A stretch of 64,000 bases of DNA from an uncultured delta proteobacterium (GTDB taxonomy: Bacteria > Myxococcota_A > Polyangia > Fen-1088): assembly GCA_963737265.1 (NCBI GenBank), contig CAVTRY010000022.1, positions 224,001 to 288,000 on the forward strand, read 5' to 3'. This document shows, piece by piece, positions 29,708 to 45,229 of the stretch. Below the pieces are notes generated by a model that saw only the letters and a program-made list of their open reading frames with translations, was not told where the DNA came from and made no database searches. Each line of letters begins with the position of its first letter. The stretch's first letter is position 1. A program made the position numbers and the translations under genes.

Positions 29708-30943
29708 TCAGCTTTTCACGATGATGCGGCGGACGTGCTTTTTCCCCGCGTGAAGGAGAGTGCCGTCGCCGGCGATCTCGTCGACCCGAATGATATCGTC
29801 AACGACAGCCACCTTGCGCGTGCCGAGTCGGACGCCTCCCTGCTCGACCAGTCTTCGCGCGGCGCTTTTCGAGGCGGCGAGTCCTGCCGCGACGAGGAGA
29901 TCCACGGCTTTGACCCCGGACGAAATCTCAGCCACCGAGATGACGTGAGTCGGCACGAGCTCGCCGCCACCACCGCCAAAGGCCGCGCGTGCCGCGTCCT
30001 GCGCCTTTTCGGCGGATTCCGCGCCGTGGGCGATCGCGGTCACTTCGAAGGCGAGGATCTGCTTGGCTGTCCGCAGCTCTGCGCCTTCGAGTGCGGCCAG
30101 GCGCGTGATTTCGTCGATGGGCAGAAAGGTCAACAGCTTGAGAAAGCGGCCCACGTCGCGGTCGTCGACGTTGACGAAATATTGGTAGAAATCGAAGGGA
30201 CTGGTTCGCTCCGCGGAAAGCCAGACCGCGCCAGCGGCGGTTTTTCCCATCTTGGAGCCAGTTGCCGTGGTGGTGAGCGGAAAGGTGAGGGCGTAGGTCT
30301 CGGCTTGATGCAGACGCCGCACGAGGTCGGTTCCGGCCAAGATATTGCCCCATTGGTCATCGCCGCCGACCTGCAAGACGCAGCCGAACTTGCGATAGAG
30401 AACGAGAAAATCGTAGGCCTGCAGGATCTGGTAGTTGAATTCTATAAACGAAAGGCCCTTTTCCATGCGCTGTCGGTAGGCCTCGGCCGCAAGCATGCGG
30501 TTGACGCTGAAATGCCGGCCGATGTCGCGCAGAAACTCCAAATAACGAAGCGGCGCAAGCCAGTCGGCGTTATCGACCACGACCGCTTGCTCGCCGGCCG
30601 CCACGAGGAAGCGGCGGACCTGGGGTTCGATCATGCGACGATTTTCTTGGATGGTCTCGACGGTCATCATCTGCCGTAGCTCGGTTCGACCGCTGGGGTC
30701 GCCAACCATGGCGGTTCCGCCTCCAAGCACGGCGATCGGACGATGCCCGGCCCTTGCGAAATGGGCCATCGCCATCAAAGGAATCATGCTTCCTACGTGC
30801 AGGCTCGGAGCGGTAGGGTCGAAACCGGCGTAAAAGGTGACCTGCCCTCGCGACAGCAGGGCCGCCAAGGCAGCCTCGTCGCTGATTTGTTGGATGAACC
30901 CACGCTCGCGAAGACCGTGAAGGATTTCGTTTGGCACCGACAT
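29708..30943 (-). CDS. tyrS: Tyrosine--tRNA ligase
   Basis: YAGFDPTAPSLHVG, GDPSGR, LQAYDF, GGDDQWGNI, KMGKT, C-terminal S4 domain. ATG at 30943. Confidence 0.96.
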   Translation of the reverse strand: MSVPNEILHGLRERGFIQQISDEAALAALLSRGQVTFYAGFDPTAPSLHVGSMIPLMAMAHFARAGHRPIAVLGGGTAMVGDPSGRTELRQMMTVETIQENRRMIEPQVRRFLVAAGEQAVVVDNADWLAPLRYLEFLRDIGRHFSVNRMLAAEAYRQRMEKGLSFIEFNYQILQAYDFLVLYRKFGCVLQVGGDDQWGNILAGTDLVRRLHQAETYALTFPLTTTATGSKMGKTAAGAVWLSAERTSPFDFYQYFVNVDDRDVGRFLKLLTFLPIDEITRLAALEGAELRTAKQILAFEVTAIAHGAESAEKAQDAARAAFGGGGGELVPTHVISVAEISSGVKAVDLLVAAGLAASKSAARRLVEQGGVRLGTRKVAVVDDIIRVDEIAGDGTLLHAGKKHVRRIIVKS

Positions 30944-31034
30944 GGGCGTGAGTATAGACGCAGGCGATGGATTTCTGCGCGTCACCGCAACGCCGGATGC
31001 TTTATGAAGTCCAATTTCGGGTACGCTCGCGCGC

Positions 31035-31481
31035 ATGACCACTAGGCAGGGCGCATCCGCAGGCTGCATTTGCAACCAGCGACCCGACTGGGCCCGCATC
31101 GAAGACGATGAGGTGATGCGCTGGCCGGCAATTGACATCGCGGAATGGGAAGAGCTCAGGGAGTGCCCGAATTGCGGCGCCAGCTGGCTGGCGGCTTGGC
31201 CTGAGGAGGGCGAGTCACAGCCAATCCTCTGTCGCCCTCAGCCCGTCACCGCGAGAAAGCTGCGCGACCTCGATCATCCTGCCACGATGCGGCCTTACTG
31301 TCTTGCGCGCCTGGCGGAGCATCTCGGCGAAATCAAAGAGCGCAAGGCGACCTGTTGCAAGGTCAAGTGCAACCGCAAACGCCTCGCAGGCTCAACCTAT
31401 TGTATCGAGCACCTGATTGCGGAGCGATTTGGGCGACAGCTGGCGCGGCTCGGTGGCCCAGACGATACGCTCAATCGCTGA
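31035..31481 (+). CDS. Small Cys-rich hypothetical protein, probable zinc-binding
   Basis: CIC, CPNC, CCKVKC..YC..H; TACGCT 7 nt upstream of the ATG. Confidence 0.65.
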   Translation: MTTRQGASAGCICNQRPDWARIEDDEVMRWPAIDIAEWEELRECPNCGASWLAAWPEEGESQPILCRPQPVTARKLRDLDHPATMRPYCLARLAEHLGEIKERKATCCKVKCNRKRLAGSTYCIEHLIAERFGRQLARLGGPDDTLNR

Positions 31482-31485
31482 ACGC

Positions 31486-31520
31486 AAAAACGCGGGAAGA
31501 AGTGTGAGCCTCTTCCCGCG
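31486..31520 (-). terminator. Intrinsic terminator of the rRNA operon
   Basis: CGCGGGAAGA-10 nt loop-TCTTCCCGCG perfect stem, followed on the minus strand by TTTTT, just downstream of 5S. Confidence 0.75.
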
Positions 31521-31562
31521 TAGCAGGGTTTGGAAACCCTCTTAGGGTTCCCATTAAAATAA

Positions 31563-31680
31563 TCCCGGCGGCGACCTACTCTCCCACAGAGTTTCCCCTG
31601 CAGTACCATGGGCCCTGGAGGACTTAACTTCCGAGTTCGAGATGGGATCGGGTGTGGCCCCTCCGGTATGGCCGCCGGAA
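31563..31680 (-). rRNA. rrf: 5S ribosomal RNA
   Basis: Conserved CCCGATCCCATCTCGAACTCGGAAGTTAA and GGGAGAGTAGGTCGCCGCC on the minus strand; ends approximate. Confidence 0.95.
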
Positions 31681-31832
31681 ATCTTTTGGTGTCTTGAGCG
31701 AAACGAACTTCGATTATTGAGCTCTTGCCCACAATCCAGGTCGTGCTCGTTCACCGAGCTTCGACCTCGACCTATTGAGACGACAGTCTGCGCCCGCTCT
31801 GAGCTGTTGCCCAGAGCAGCGAAATTAATGGC

Positions 31833-34848
<3,016 letters not shown>

Positions 34849-35374
34849 GCCAATCTAGTGTGGAACCCTGGGAGGGTTCCTCACCTCCCGCGACGAGCTT
34901 CGCCTGGCAAAGCCAGGCTGCGCTCACGCGATTGATGTGGAACATCCCGCTTCCCGCTCTTCCTTCCGAATTCAGATAGGACATAGAGTCCCATCCGCGT
35001 TCTCGGGTCGGCATTGGAAGACTAGGGTCTCACGAAAGGTTGGGTGGTCTTCGCCACCATCAATTATCGCGACACGCCGTCTCAAGCTGTTGTTCATTGC
35101 TGAACTCCAACTCCTGCACCAAGCTCAGCCAGCTGTGCTGACCGGGCGGATGCAGTTCAAGGTCGAGATCGAAGCTCGTTTGACGAGCTGCGAACTCTGG
35201 ATTCCATCGACGCTCGTTTTCACTCTCAAGACACGCTTTCGCGTCGTTGTGTTCTTTTCAATTGTCAGAGATCTTCGGGGCCGATTCGACCACCGACCTA
35301 ACCTCGCCTTTTGGTGAAGTTGCGACAGTGTTCGACGCGATCCGTATTCGATCTATCGATAGTCTATTTTTCGG

Positions 35375-35447
35375 TGGAGCGTAAGGGGTTCGAACCCTCG
35401 ACCCCCGGCTTGCAAAGCCGGTGCTCTCCCAGCTGAGCTAACGCCCC
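35375..35447 (-). tRNA. tRNA-Ala(UGC), CCA not encoded
   Basis: GGGGCGTTAGCTCAGCTGGGAGAGCACCGGCTTTGCAAGCCGG...GGTTCGAACCC...CTCCA followed by CCG. Confidence 0.95.
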
Positions 35448-35487
35448 AGAGTGTCTTGGGGCTCCCCGGTCACACCGCCAGATGCGG

Positions 35488-35561
<74 letters not shown>

Positions 35562-35703
35562 AGGCTCGTAATTTAACGTGAGGCACCTTAGGCCAAACGC
35601 CTAGGCGCCTGTCAGTCCCTCAAAGCTGAACAGCAATATCGAGAAGAACGAATCCTTGACAATGACCTGACTAGGGAGATTCCGAGGAATCTCCCGTGTC
35701 TCC

Positions 35704-37268
<1,565 letters not shown>

Positions 37269-37502
37269 AACTGTCACATAGAGCCGAAGCTCAATGCTTT
37301 TTTCGATTTGATCCTTCCAGGGGATTTTGAGCCCCTGAAACTTACTATTCACTCAAGGATTCGGAGCCGATTCCGTCTGCCTTCCGAAGAAGGCTTCCGG
37401 AATCTGCATTCTTCTCAATTTGCTATTCAGCTTTCAGAGACCGACTTTTCCCGTCTCGGGGTCGGGCGGCTTTCGCTGCCTTTTCCCGCGGCGGGGAGTG
37501 GG

Positions 37503-37541
37503 ATAATAAGCATCTGCGACGGTTTGTCAAAACAAAAAAAA
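37503..37541 (-). promoter_or_regulatory. rRNA operon sigma70-type promoter with UP-element-like tract
   Basis: TTGACA (37530-37525), 16-nt spacer, TATTAT (37508-37503), T-rich tract just upstream. Confidence 0.75.
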
Positions 37542-37571
37542 CGGCGCCGATACTTTTTTCTGTGCTGCCGG

Positions 37572-38561
37572 CTACGAAGCCTTCGAGAGCAGTTGCGCGG
37601 CCTCTTTTGCGTGATAGGTCACGACAAGGTCGGCGCCCGCCCTACGCACAGAAGTTAGAGTCTCCACCATGGCCCGGTCGTAGTCAAGGAAGCCTTTCTC
37701 GGCCGCGGCCTTCAGCATGAGGTATTCCCCGGACACGTTGTACGCGGCGACGGGAACGTCGAATTCGCGCCGAATTTCCGCCACCACATCGAGGTAGGGC
37801 AAGGCTGGCTTGACCATCACCATGTCCGCGCCCTCCTCTACGTCGAGCTCGACCTCGCGAACCGCTTCGCGCAGATTGGCCGGATCCATTTGGTAGCCGC
37901 GCCGGTCTCCGAACGCTGGAGCCGATTCCGCCGCAACCCTGAATGGGCCGTAGTAGGCCGAGGCGTATTTCACCGCGTAGGACAGCAGAATGACCTGGTC
38001 GTGCTCCGCCTCGTCGAGCGCGTCTCGTAAAAAGCCGATGGTTCCATCCATCATTCCGGACGGCGCCACGATGTCTGCCCCGGCGTTGGCCTGGGCGACG
38101 GCGACACGGCCTAGATTTTCCAGCGTGGCATCGTTGTCCACTTGACCGCTTGTCTCGTCTGCAAGAATTCCGCAGTGGCCGTGCGATGTGTACTCGCACA
38201 GGCAGCAGTCGGCGGCCACGCACAGATCGGGCGTCGCCTTCTTGAGTGCCTGGATCGCGCGCTGGACGATGCCCTCCGGATGCCAAGCGTCGCTGCCGAC
38301 AGTGTCCTTCTTTTCGGGCAGCCCGAAGAGCATCACGGCGGGAATTCCGAGCCGCGCAATTTCGTCGGCCTCGCGCCCGAGCTGGTCGACCGAGAGATGG
38401 AACTGGCCCGGCAGCGACGCTATCTCTTGGCGTACGCCCTTGCCCGGGCAAATGAAGAGTGGATACATCAGGTTATCCACGGACAGGCTGGTTTCGCGGA
38501 CCATTCGTCGCAAAGCCTCGGTGCGGCGAAGGCGACGGGGACGGGTTTCTGGAAATGACAT
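37572..38561 (-). CDS. hemB: Porphobilinogen synthase (ALA dehydratase)
   Basis: [60 protein letters not shown]; ATG overlaps the hemD stop. Confidence 0.96.
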   Translation of the reverse strand: MSFPETRPRRLRRTEALRRMVRETSLSVDNLMYPLFICPGKGVRQEIASLPGQFHLSVDQLGREADEIARLGIPAVMLFGLPEKKDTVGSDAWHPEGIVQRAIQALKKATPDLCVAADCCLCEYTSHGHCGILADETSGQVDNDATLENLGRVAVAQANAGADIVAPSGMMDGTIGFLRDALDEAEHDQVILLSYAVKYASAYYGPFRVAAESAPAFGDRRGYQMDPANLREAVREVELDVEEGADMVMVKPALPYLDVVAEIRREFDVPVAAYNVSGEYLMLKAAAEKGFLDYDRAMVETLTSVRRAGADLVVTYHAKEAAQLLSKAS

Positions 38562-39319
38562 CAGGGATCTCCTTGGGTGGCGCGTGATTGGGCAATGGCC
38601 AGGACCAGGCCGTCTACGTCGGGCGACACGGAGACGACAGGTTGAAGACCATTCGTGGTGGCTTCGTGGGCGGTGGTGGGACCGATGACCGCGACGGTTT
38701 TTCCGACCAGCGCTGACATCCCCCGTCCCATCAAGAACGCACGCAGTGCCGACGGACTGGCAAAGGTCGCCACATCGAAGCTGGGTGGAGGTTGAAGGTC
38801 GGTCTTTGACGCCGTCGTGTAAACCGTCATGCTGTCTACAATACATCCTTGGTCGCGGAGCCTTTGACCCAGCCATGGGCGCGCGCCCGCTGCCTGCGGG
38901 ACCAGGACACGCGTTTCGGCCGGCAGGTTTCGCAAGTCTTCGACCAGGCCTTCCTGCCGGGTGTCGGTCGGCAGCAGCGCCACGCGACCGCCGCCATTCT
39001 CGATGGCCCGCGCACTCGCAGGTCCAATCGCCGCTATCCTGGCGCGCATGTCACTTGGAAAACGCCGGCCCGGCAAACGGCCGAGCGTTAGCCCGACCGC
39101 GGTTTGGCTGGTGAAGACCAGCCAATCGTAGCCGTCCAACCTGCCAATCGCCGCGTCCAGCTCGTCCCACGAAGCTGGCGGCACGATGGTGACGGTTGGG
39201 TAGGACAGGGGAATGGCGCCCGCAGCCGCAAAGACAGCCATCCAGTCGTCGGCGCCGTCGCCTTGTGGACGTGTGACTAGCACGCGAAGGCCAGCAAGTA
39301 TTTTGCGCGGCGTGGACAT
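38561..39319 (-). CDS. hemD: Uroporphyrinogen-III synthase
   Basis: [40 protein letters not shown]. Start 39319 or 39334. Confidence 0.85.
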   Translation of the reverse strand: MSTPRKILAGLRVLVTRPQGDGADDWMAVFAAAGAIPLSYPTVTIVPPASWDELDAAIGRLDGYDWLVFTSQTAVGLTLGRLPGRRFPSDMRARIAAIGPASARAIENGGGRVALLPTDTRQEGLVEDLRNLPAETRVLVPQAAGARPWLGQRLRDQGCIVDSMTVYTTASKTDLQPPPSFDVATFASPSALRAFLMGRGMSALVGKTVAVIGPTTAHEATTNGLQPVVSVSPDVDGLVLAIAQSRATQGDP

Positions 39320-39352
39320 CGGCGCCGCGATCATAGCAGCCCGCCCCGCCGG

Positions 39353-39949
39353 CTATTCCACAAGCTCGGCGTTCCAGTACGACGCGTTGGGCAGGTCGAG
39401 GAATGGCAACCATTCCCGATAGCGGATGCGGTCGGAACCGGCCCTGAAGGTGGGTGTCCAGCGAGGCCGCACGGGGACCTTGAGCAGCCTCAGCCCAGCC
39501 TGTTCGATCGTGCGCGCCCCCTTGGCGATGTTGCAGTCCACGCAGCAGCAAACGACATTCTCCCAGGTCGTGCGCCCGCCGCGCGAACGGGGCACCACGT
39601 GGTCGAGGTTAAGCTCGGCGCGCGGAAGCTGCCGGCCGCAGTACTGGCAGGTGTTGGCGTCGCGGGTGTAGATGTTGTGGCGAGAAAAGCGCACCTTGGC
39701 GCGGGGAATGCGGTCGTAAACCTGCAGCAGGATCACGCGCGGAATCCGGATGGCGCGATTCACGGTGTGGATGACGTCATCCCCCATTTCCGCGGACAAT
39801 TGCGCCCACGTATCGAAGTCGAAGGTGCGGAACTGCTGGTCCACGGCCTGCGCCGCGCCAACATATAGGAGCGAAAGCGCACGCTTCGCGCTCGTCACGT
39901 GGATTGGCTGGAAATGCCGGTTGAGCACCAGGACGGCAGCGTTGATCAC
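39353..39949 (-). CDS. HNH endonuclease (McrA-like, with Zn-binding CxxC pairs)
   Basis: VLVLN, FSRHNIYTRD..CQYCG, LNLDHVVPRSRGG.TTWENVVCCC..CN..K; SD AGGAG. Confidence 0.9.
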   Translation of the reverse strand: MINAAVLVLNRHFQPIHVTSAKRALSLLYVGAAQAVDQQFRTFDFDTWAQLSAEMGDDVIHTVNRAIRIPRVILLQVYDRIPRAKVRFSRHNIYTRDANTCQYCGRQLPRAELNLDHVVPRSRGGRTTWENVVCCCVDCNIAKGARTIEQAGLRLLKVPVRPRWTPTFRAGSDRIRYREWLPFLDLPNASYWNAELVE

Positions 39950-40097
39950 GGCCGGTCTCCTGGGAACCCACGCAAACGGAAGCGGCGACCTGCCTTCGGC
40001 CGCCGAAACAGCGTATGCGAATCGGCCACATTCATAATGTGGGCAATCATGCTAACAGACGAAGGGATTGCGGGCAAAGGCGGTACAATGGATTGTC

Positions 40098-42254
40098 GTG
40101 AACACCCAGACTCTATCGGCCTTGGTCGCCGCGATTGTCGGGCTCGCCGTCGGTGGGGCCGTTCTGCTGCGGGATCACCGGCGCAGCATGCACGTACTCT
40201 TCGCGACCTTTGCCTTCAATGTGGCCGTGCAGAGGCTGCTCATGTTCCTCGGCTCTCCGCAGGACGCCGGCTCGCTGCTGCGCTGGGTAGCCATGCTCGC
40301 CGCGGTTTCCTTGCCCACCACCGCGCAGCGATTCTTTCGCGCCTTTCTCGGCGACGAAGCCGGCCCGCCGCCCCTGTCGCGGGCCACCTTGATAGGCGCG
40401 GTCCTGCTCTACCTGGCCCTGCTTTCCAGTCTCTTCCTCGCTTCTCCGGTTCACACCTCGAAGTGGTTCTACCTCGGCCTTCTGTCCTACGTTTTCCTAG
40501 GTCTTTACCTCTCGGTCTACTACCTCTACCGGCGCTATCGGCGCACGCCATCGCGTGTGGAGAAGATCCGCCTGCTCTACTTGCTCATCGGCGGCCTGGC
40601 CACGGTCACCGCCGCGATCTTGGACCTGGTTCCCTGGGCGCCCTCGGTCGGCAACATCTTCATCACGATTTACCTCTATTTCCTGTCGCAGACGCTGGTT
40701 CGCTACCGACTGCTCGATCTCAACGAATTGCTCGGGCGCATGGTCGTGCTCGCCGCGCTGGCGAGCATCGCCACCATCATTTACGGCCTGCTCCTCATCA
40801 AGCTGGTCGACCTCAACGAAATCGGTCTGCTCTTCCTCAACGCCCTCATCGCCTCCACCGCCATCATCATCGTGTTCGAGCCGCTTCGCTCGATGCTCGA
40901 ACGCGTGGTGAATCGCTGGATGTTCCAAGAGAAGTACGAGCTGTTCCGCCGCATCGAAAGCCTGCGCGCGGATCTGATGAACGTCATCGATGCGCGCGAC
41001 TTGGTGCCGCGCGTGCTTTCGGCGCTGGAGGATTCGCGCCGCGTGACCCACGCGTCGATGTACATCGTGGATCCCGATGGCTCGGCCTACGACCTGGTGG
41101 GGCACGTGGGGCCGCGGCCCGAGGGCCGCATTGACGCCGTCGCACATCGTGCCTTTCTCGAACGCTTGCGCCGCGCCGGGGTCGTTTCCATCGAGGGTCT
41201 CGAACGTGAGCTGCTGGCCCTGCGCAACAAGCAAGGCGAAGAGCGCGAGGCCCTGCTGCTCGTCATGCGCGCCCTGGAGCTGCTTAATGGCTCGGTGGTG
41301 CTGGCGATTTTGGGTGAAGAACAACTCCTCGGTATGCTGGTGCTGCGCGACGAGCGCCTGCGCGAAGCCTATTCTTCCGAGGAAATCGAGCTCTTCCGCG
41401 GCGTCGCCGCGTCCATGGGCGTGACGCTGCAGAACTCGCAGATCTACGAACGCATGAAGGAGCGCGATCGCCTCGCAGCCCTGGGTCAGATGGCCGCGGG
41501 CCTTGCGCACGAAATCCGCAACCCGCTCGGATCCATCAAGGGCGCGGCCCAGTTTCTGCAGCCGCTCGAAGGCCCCAAGACCGACGGCAGCACGCGCGAA
41601 TTCCTCGACATCATCGTCGAGGAGGTCGACCGCCTGAACAAGATCGTCTCGCAGTTCCTGGACTACGCGCGGCCCTACCGCGGCGACCCCAGCCCGCTCG
41701 ATGCCAACGACGTGGTTCGCAAGACCATCAACCTGATCGAGAAGGAGCGCGGAGGCTCGCCGGTCGAAATCACCATGAACCTTCTCGATGGGCTGCCGCA
41801 GGTCCGCGCCGATGCGCAGCAGCTGCGCCAGGTGTTCTTGAACCTGACCATCAACGCGCTCGATGCCATGCCACAGGGTGGGCGACTACAAGTGTCGACC
41901 AGTCTGCGGCGTTCCACCCGCCGCGGCGCCGCAGCGGCGTTTTTGGAAATTCGCTTCCGCGACGACGGCATCGGCATTCCGCCCGCTGATCTACGCAATC
42001 TGTTTATCCCCTTCTTCACCACCAAGGAAAAGGGTACCGGCCTCGGCTTGCCCATCAGTCAGCGCATTATCGAGAACCACGGTGGCACCATCGAGGTGCG
42101 CTCGCAGCCCGGCTCAGGCTCGACGTTCACCGTGCTCTTGCCCGTCGAAGCAGACGCCTACGCCTCCTACGCCGAGACAAAAAAAGTCCCGCCCGCCACC
42201 CAGCGCAAGAGTACTTCGCCGGCCGCGCCCGCGCTCGTCACGAAGCGGAGCTAG
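40098..42254 (+). CDS. Membrane sensor histidine kinase (multi-TM + GAF + HisKA + HATPase_c)
   Basis: About 8 hydrophobic segments; [41 protein letters not shown] 40098 follows TACAAT. Confidence 0.9.
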   Translation: MNTQTLSALVAAIVGLAVGGAVLLRDHRRSMHVLFATFAFNVAVQRLLMFLGSPQDAGSLLRWVAMLAAVSLPTTAQRFFRAFLGDEAGPPPLSRATLIGAVLLYLALLSSLFLASPVHTSKWFYLGLLSYVFLGLYLSVYYLYRRYRRTPSRVEKIRLLYLLIGGLATVTAAILDLVPWAPSVGNIFITIYLYFLSQTLVRYRLLDLNELLGRMVVLAALASIATIIYGLLLIKLVDLNEIGLLFLNALIASTAIIIVFEPLRSMLERVVNRWMFQEKYELFRRIESLRADLMNVIDARDLVPRVLSALEDSRRVTHASMYIVDPDGSAYDLVGHVGPRPEGRIDAVAHRAFLERLRRAGVVSIEGLERELLALRNKQGEEREALLLVMRALELLNGSVVLAILGEEQLLGMLVLRDERLREAYSSEEIELFRGVAASMGVTLQNSQIYERMKERDRLAALGQMAAGLAHEIRNPLGSIKGAAQFLQPLEGPKTDGSTREFLDIIVEEVDRLNKIVSQFLDYARPYRGDPSPLDANDVVRKTINLIEKERGGSPVEITMNLLDGLPQVRADAQQLRQVFLNLTINALDAMPQGGRLQVSTSLRRSTRRGAAAAFLEIRFRDDGIGIPPADLRNLFIPFFTTKEKGTGLGLPISQRIIENHGGTIEVRSQPGSGSTFTVLLPVEADAYASYAETKKVPPATQRKSTSPAAPALVTKRS

Positions 42255-43429
42255 AGCGCGCCCATCACCAGGTTGTCGCGCGTGACGAGTGCGTCGTAGC
42301 CGCGATAACCGAGGATGGCATCGATCTCTTCGCTTTGGCGGCCGGCCAGCTTGCGACACGCATCGGCGTCGTAGTTGACCATTCCGCGTCCCCGCACGCG
42401 ACCGCTGCCATCGCGAATTTCCACCACATCGCCTTTGTCGAAGGTGCCTTCCACATTCGTCACACCGACGGGAAGCAGCGAGGCCTTGGCTCTTTCCAGC
42501 GCGCGCAGCGCCCCGTCGTTGAGCACCAGCGCGCCGAATTTTCGGCTGGCCACGGCGATGTAGCGCAGGCGCGCGCGCCGCCGATCCGGGGCCGGAATCA
42601 GGGTTCCCACATCCTCGCCAGCCAGGATCTTCGCCAGCACGGATACGGCGCTGCCGTTGGCGATCACGACCGAGGCGCCCTCCGAGGTCGCCAGTTTTGC
42701 CGCTTCCAGCTTGCTCGCCATGCCGCCTGTTCCGCCGCTCGACGCGCCGTCGGCGCGGCCCAGCGCGATGTCGTCGACCATGTCGAGAAGCGAAATGCGC
42801 GTGGCGCTGGAATCGGTTTTGGGATTGGCCGTGAAAAGCCCATCCACGTTGGTCAGCAACACGAGCAGGTCAGCGTCGAGGGTCACTGAAACACGAGCGG
42901 CGAGGCCGTCGTTGTCGCCGAAGACCGCGTGCGCCGGCTCGGCGCCGGAGCGGCGTCGGTACTCGACCAACTCGCGGATGCTGACGCTGTCGTTTTCGTT
43001 GAGCACGGGCACGGCGCCCAATTCCAGCAGGCGCATGAGGGTCGTGCGCACGCACAGCGCCCGATCCCGGTCGCCCAGATCTTCCTGGGTCAGCAGCACC
43101 TGCGCCGCAATCACGCCCTGCTTGGCGAAGGCCTCGGCATAGGCCGCCATGAGATGCCCCTGGCCCACCGCCGCACACGCTTGGCGCAGCCCGAGCGAGC
43201 GCGGCCGCTGCCGCAGGCCAAGCAAGCGCATGCCCATACCCACGGCGCCCGAGGTGACCAAAACCACGTCACGACCGGCCTTGCGCTCGTTCGCCAGGCC
43301 CTCGACGAGATTTGCCATGCGGCCCAGGGCAAGCTCGGATTCGTCGTTGGTGACGACATGCGTGCCGACTTTGAGCACCAGTCGGTGGGTTGCGCGAAGG
43401 GTGGCGCGGGCGGTGGATTCGTGGCTCAT
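42251..43429 (-). CDS. proB: Glutamate 5-kinase with PUA domain
   Basis: VLKVGT, VTSGAV, AAVGQ, NENDSV, FGDNDGL, GTGGMASKL, C-terminal PUA (SLLPVGV). ATG 43429. Confidence 0.95.
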   Translation of the reverse strand: MSHESTARATLRATHRLVLKVGTHVVTNDESELALGRMANLVEGLANERKAGRDVVLVTSGAVGMGMRLLGLRQRPRSLGLRQACAAVGQGHLMAAYAEAFAKQGVIAAQVLLTQEDLGDRDRALCVRTTLMRLLELGAVPVLNENDSVSIRELVEYRRRSGAEPAHAVFGDNDGLAARVSVTLDADLLVLLTNVDGLFTANPKTDSSATRISLLDMVDDIALGRADGASSGGTGGMASKLEAAKLATSEGASVVIANGSAVSVLAKILAGEDVGTLIPAPDRRRARLRYIAVASRKFGALVLNDGALRALERAKASLLPVGVTNVEGTFDKGDVVEIRDGSGRVRGRGMVNYDADACRKLAGRQSEEIDAILGYRGYDALVTRDNLVMGAL

Positions 43430-43476
43430 GCAGAGATCGACTTTACCTTGGCCGCGCTTCATGTGGTAATGCGCGT

Positions 43477-44295
43477 GTGAATCTTCTCGAAGCAAGCAAG
43501 ACCTTGGGTGTTATCGGCTGCGGCACCATGGGTGAAGCGATCGTGCGTGGCATTCTCCGTTCAGGCAACCTCGCCCCAGCGCAAATTTTCGCCTGCGACG
43601 CGCGGCCGGACGTAGCGCGCGAGCTAGCCTCCAAGCACGGCATTCGCACAGAAACGGAAAATCTCGCCGTGGCCAGCGCCTGCGACGTCGCGCTGGTGTG
43701 TGTGAAGCCGTATCAGATGGCCGCCGTCCTCGACAACGACGCCATGCGATCGGAGCTCGCGGGTAAGCTGGTGATCAGCATCGCGGCGGGCGTGCGGCTA
43801 GAAAAGCTCTGCACGTTCTTGCCCAAGAGCGCGGTGATTCGCGCCATGCCTAACCTCCCGGCCCTGATTGGCGAGGGCATGGCCGGTCTCGCGCGCAGCA
43901 AGGGCACGAGCGACGCGCAGATGGCGCTTGCGCTGGCCCTCTTCGCCTCGGTTGGAAAATCGCAAGAGGTGGACGAAACCCACATGGACATCGTGACCGC
44001 CGTCGCGGGCAGCGGACCGGCCTTCGTATTCGTGATGATCGACGCTCTGGCGGACGGAGCCGTGCGCCTCGGTCTACGCCGAGACGCTGCGGTCGCCATG
44101 GCGGCCCAGATGGTTCAGGGCGCTGCTCGCATGATTGTGCAGACCGGCACGCACCCAGCCGTGCTCAAGGATCAGGTCACCACACCAGGCGGCTGTACCG
44201 CTGCCGGCCTCGGCGTGATGGAGGACGGAAAGATCCGCTCCATCCTGGCCCGCACCATCGAGGAAACCGCGCGCGTGGCGGGCAAGTTGGGGTAG
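43477..44295 (+). CDS. proC: Pyrroline-5-carboxylate reductase
   Basis: IGCGTMG, CVKP, ISIAAGV, IRAMPN, GSGPAFV, VTTPGGCT. Confidence 0.94.
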   Translation: MNLLEASKTLGVIGCGTMGEAIVRGILRSGNLAPAQIFACDARPDVARELASKHGIRTETENLAVASACDVALVCVKPYQMAAVLDNDAMRSELAGKLVISIAAGVRLEKLCTFLPKSAVIRAMPNLPALIGEGMAGLARSKGTSDAQMALALALFASVGKSQEVDETHMDIVTAVAGSGPAFVFVMIDALADGAVRLGLRRDAAVAMAAQMVQGAARMIVQTGTHPAVLKDQVTTPGGCTAAGLGVMEDGKIRSILARTIEETARVAGKLG

Positions 44296-44347
44296 CCGAT
44301 TTTGCATCGCAGCCGCACCCTCGTCTTCCCTCGGTCATCTAACGACG

Positions 44348-45229
44348 ATGGCCTCTACCATTCGTCCCATCGGTCACATTGTGAAGCCCCAGCCCACGGT
44401 TGAAGGCGCTGGTGTACACCTGGTTCGCACCATTGGGACACGTCAGCTCACCAACCTAGACCCGTTCCTGCTGCTCGACCATTTCGAGTCGTCGGTACCA
44501 GCGGACTACCGATCAGGTTTTCCCTTCCATCCCCACCGCGGGATTGAAACCGTCACCATCCTGCGCACCGGGCAGGTTCGTCATGGCGATTCGCTTGGTC
44601 ACAAGGGTGTGATTGGCGGTGGCGACATCCAGTGGATGACGTCGGGAAGCGGCATCATGCACGAGGAGATGCCGGTGGTGCGGCCCGAAGGTATTTCGGG
44701 ACTGCAGCTTTGGCTGAATCTGCCGGCGCGGGAAAAGATGACCCGGCCGAAATACCGAGATCTCGTCGCGGACAAGCTGGAAGAACGCGTTACCGATGAC
44801 GGAGCCAAGATTCGCGTGATCGCCGGCGAGGCGGACGCTGGTCGCATCAAGGGTCCGGTGGTCGGGCTGTCGGTGGCGCCGAAATTCGTCGACGTGGTGT
44901 TGCCAGCGGGCGCCGTTTTCCGCGAGGATGTTTCGGCCGGCCACACTGCCTTCGCCTACGTCGATCGCGGCGAAGTCAGCTTCGGCAGTGGCGGCGATCT
45001 CGCGTCCGTGGAAGGTCCGGCGTTGGTGGTCTTCGGCGAAGGTGATGTCGTGCGTGCCCAAGGCGGCGGCGCAAATGGCGGACGATTCCTACTCGCTGCG
45101 GCCCGGCCGCTCGGCGAGCCGATCGCGCGCTACGGTCCCTTCGTCATGAATACGCGCGAAGAGATCGAGCAGGCGCTGGACGAGTTGCGCAGCGGGCGCT
45201 TCATTCGCGAAGAAGCGGCCGACGCCTGA
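44348..45229 (+). CDS. Pirin-family protein
   Basis: EGAG, DPFLLLD, HPHRGIETVT, QWMTSGSGIMHEE, QLWLNLP, YGPFVMN. Confidence 0.93.
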   Translation: MASTIRPIGHIVKPQPTVEGAGVHLVRTIGTRQLTNLDPFLLLDHFESSVPADYRSGFPFHPHRGIETVTILRTGQVRHGDSLGHKGVIGGGDIQWMTSGSGIMHEEMPVVRPEGISGLQLWLNLPAREKMTRPKYRDLVADKLEERVTDDGAKIRVIAGEADAGRIKGPVVGLSVAPKFVDVVLPAGAVFREDVSAGHTAFAYVDRGEVSFGSGGDLASVEGPALVVFGEGDVVRAQGGGANGGRFLLAAARPLGEPIARYGPFVMNTREEIEQALDELRSGRFIREEAADA

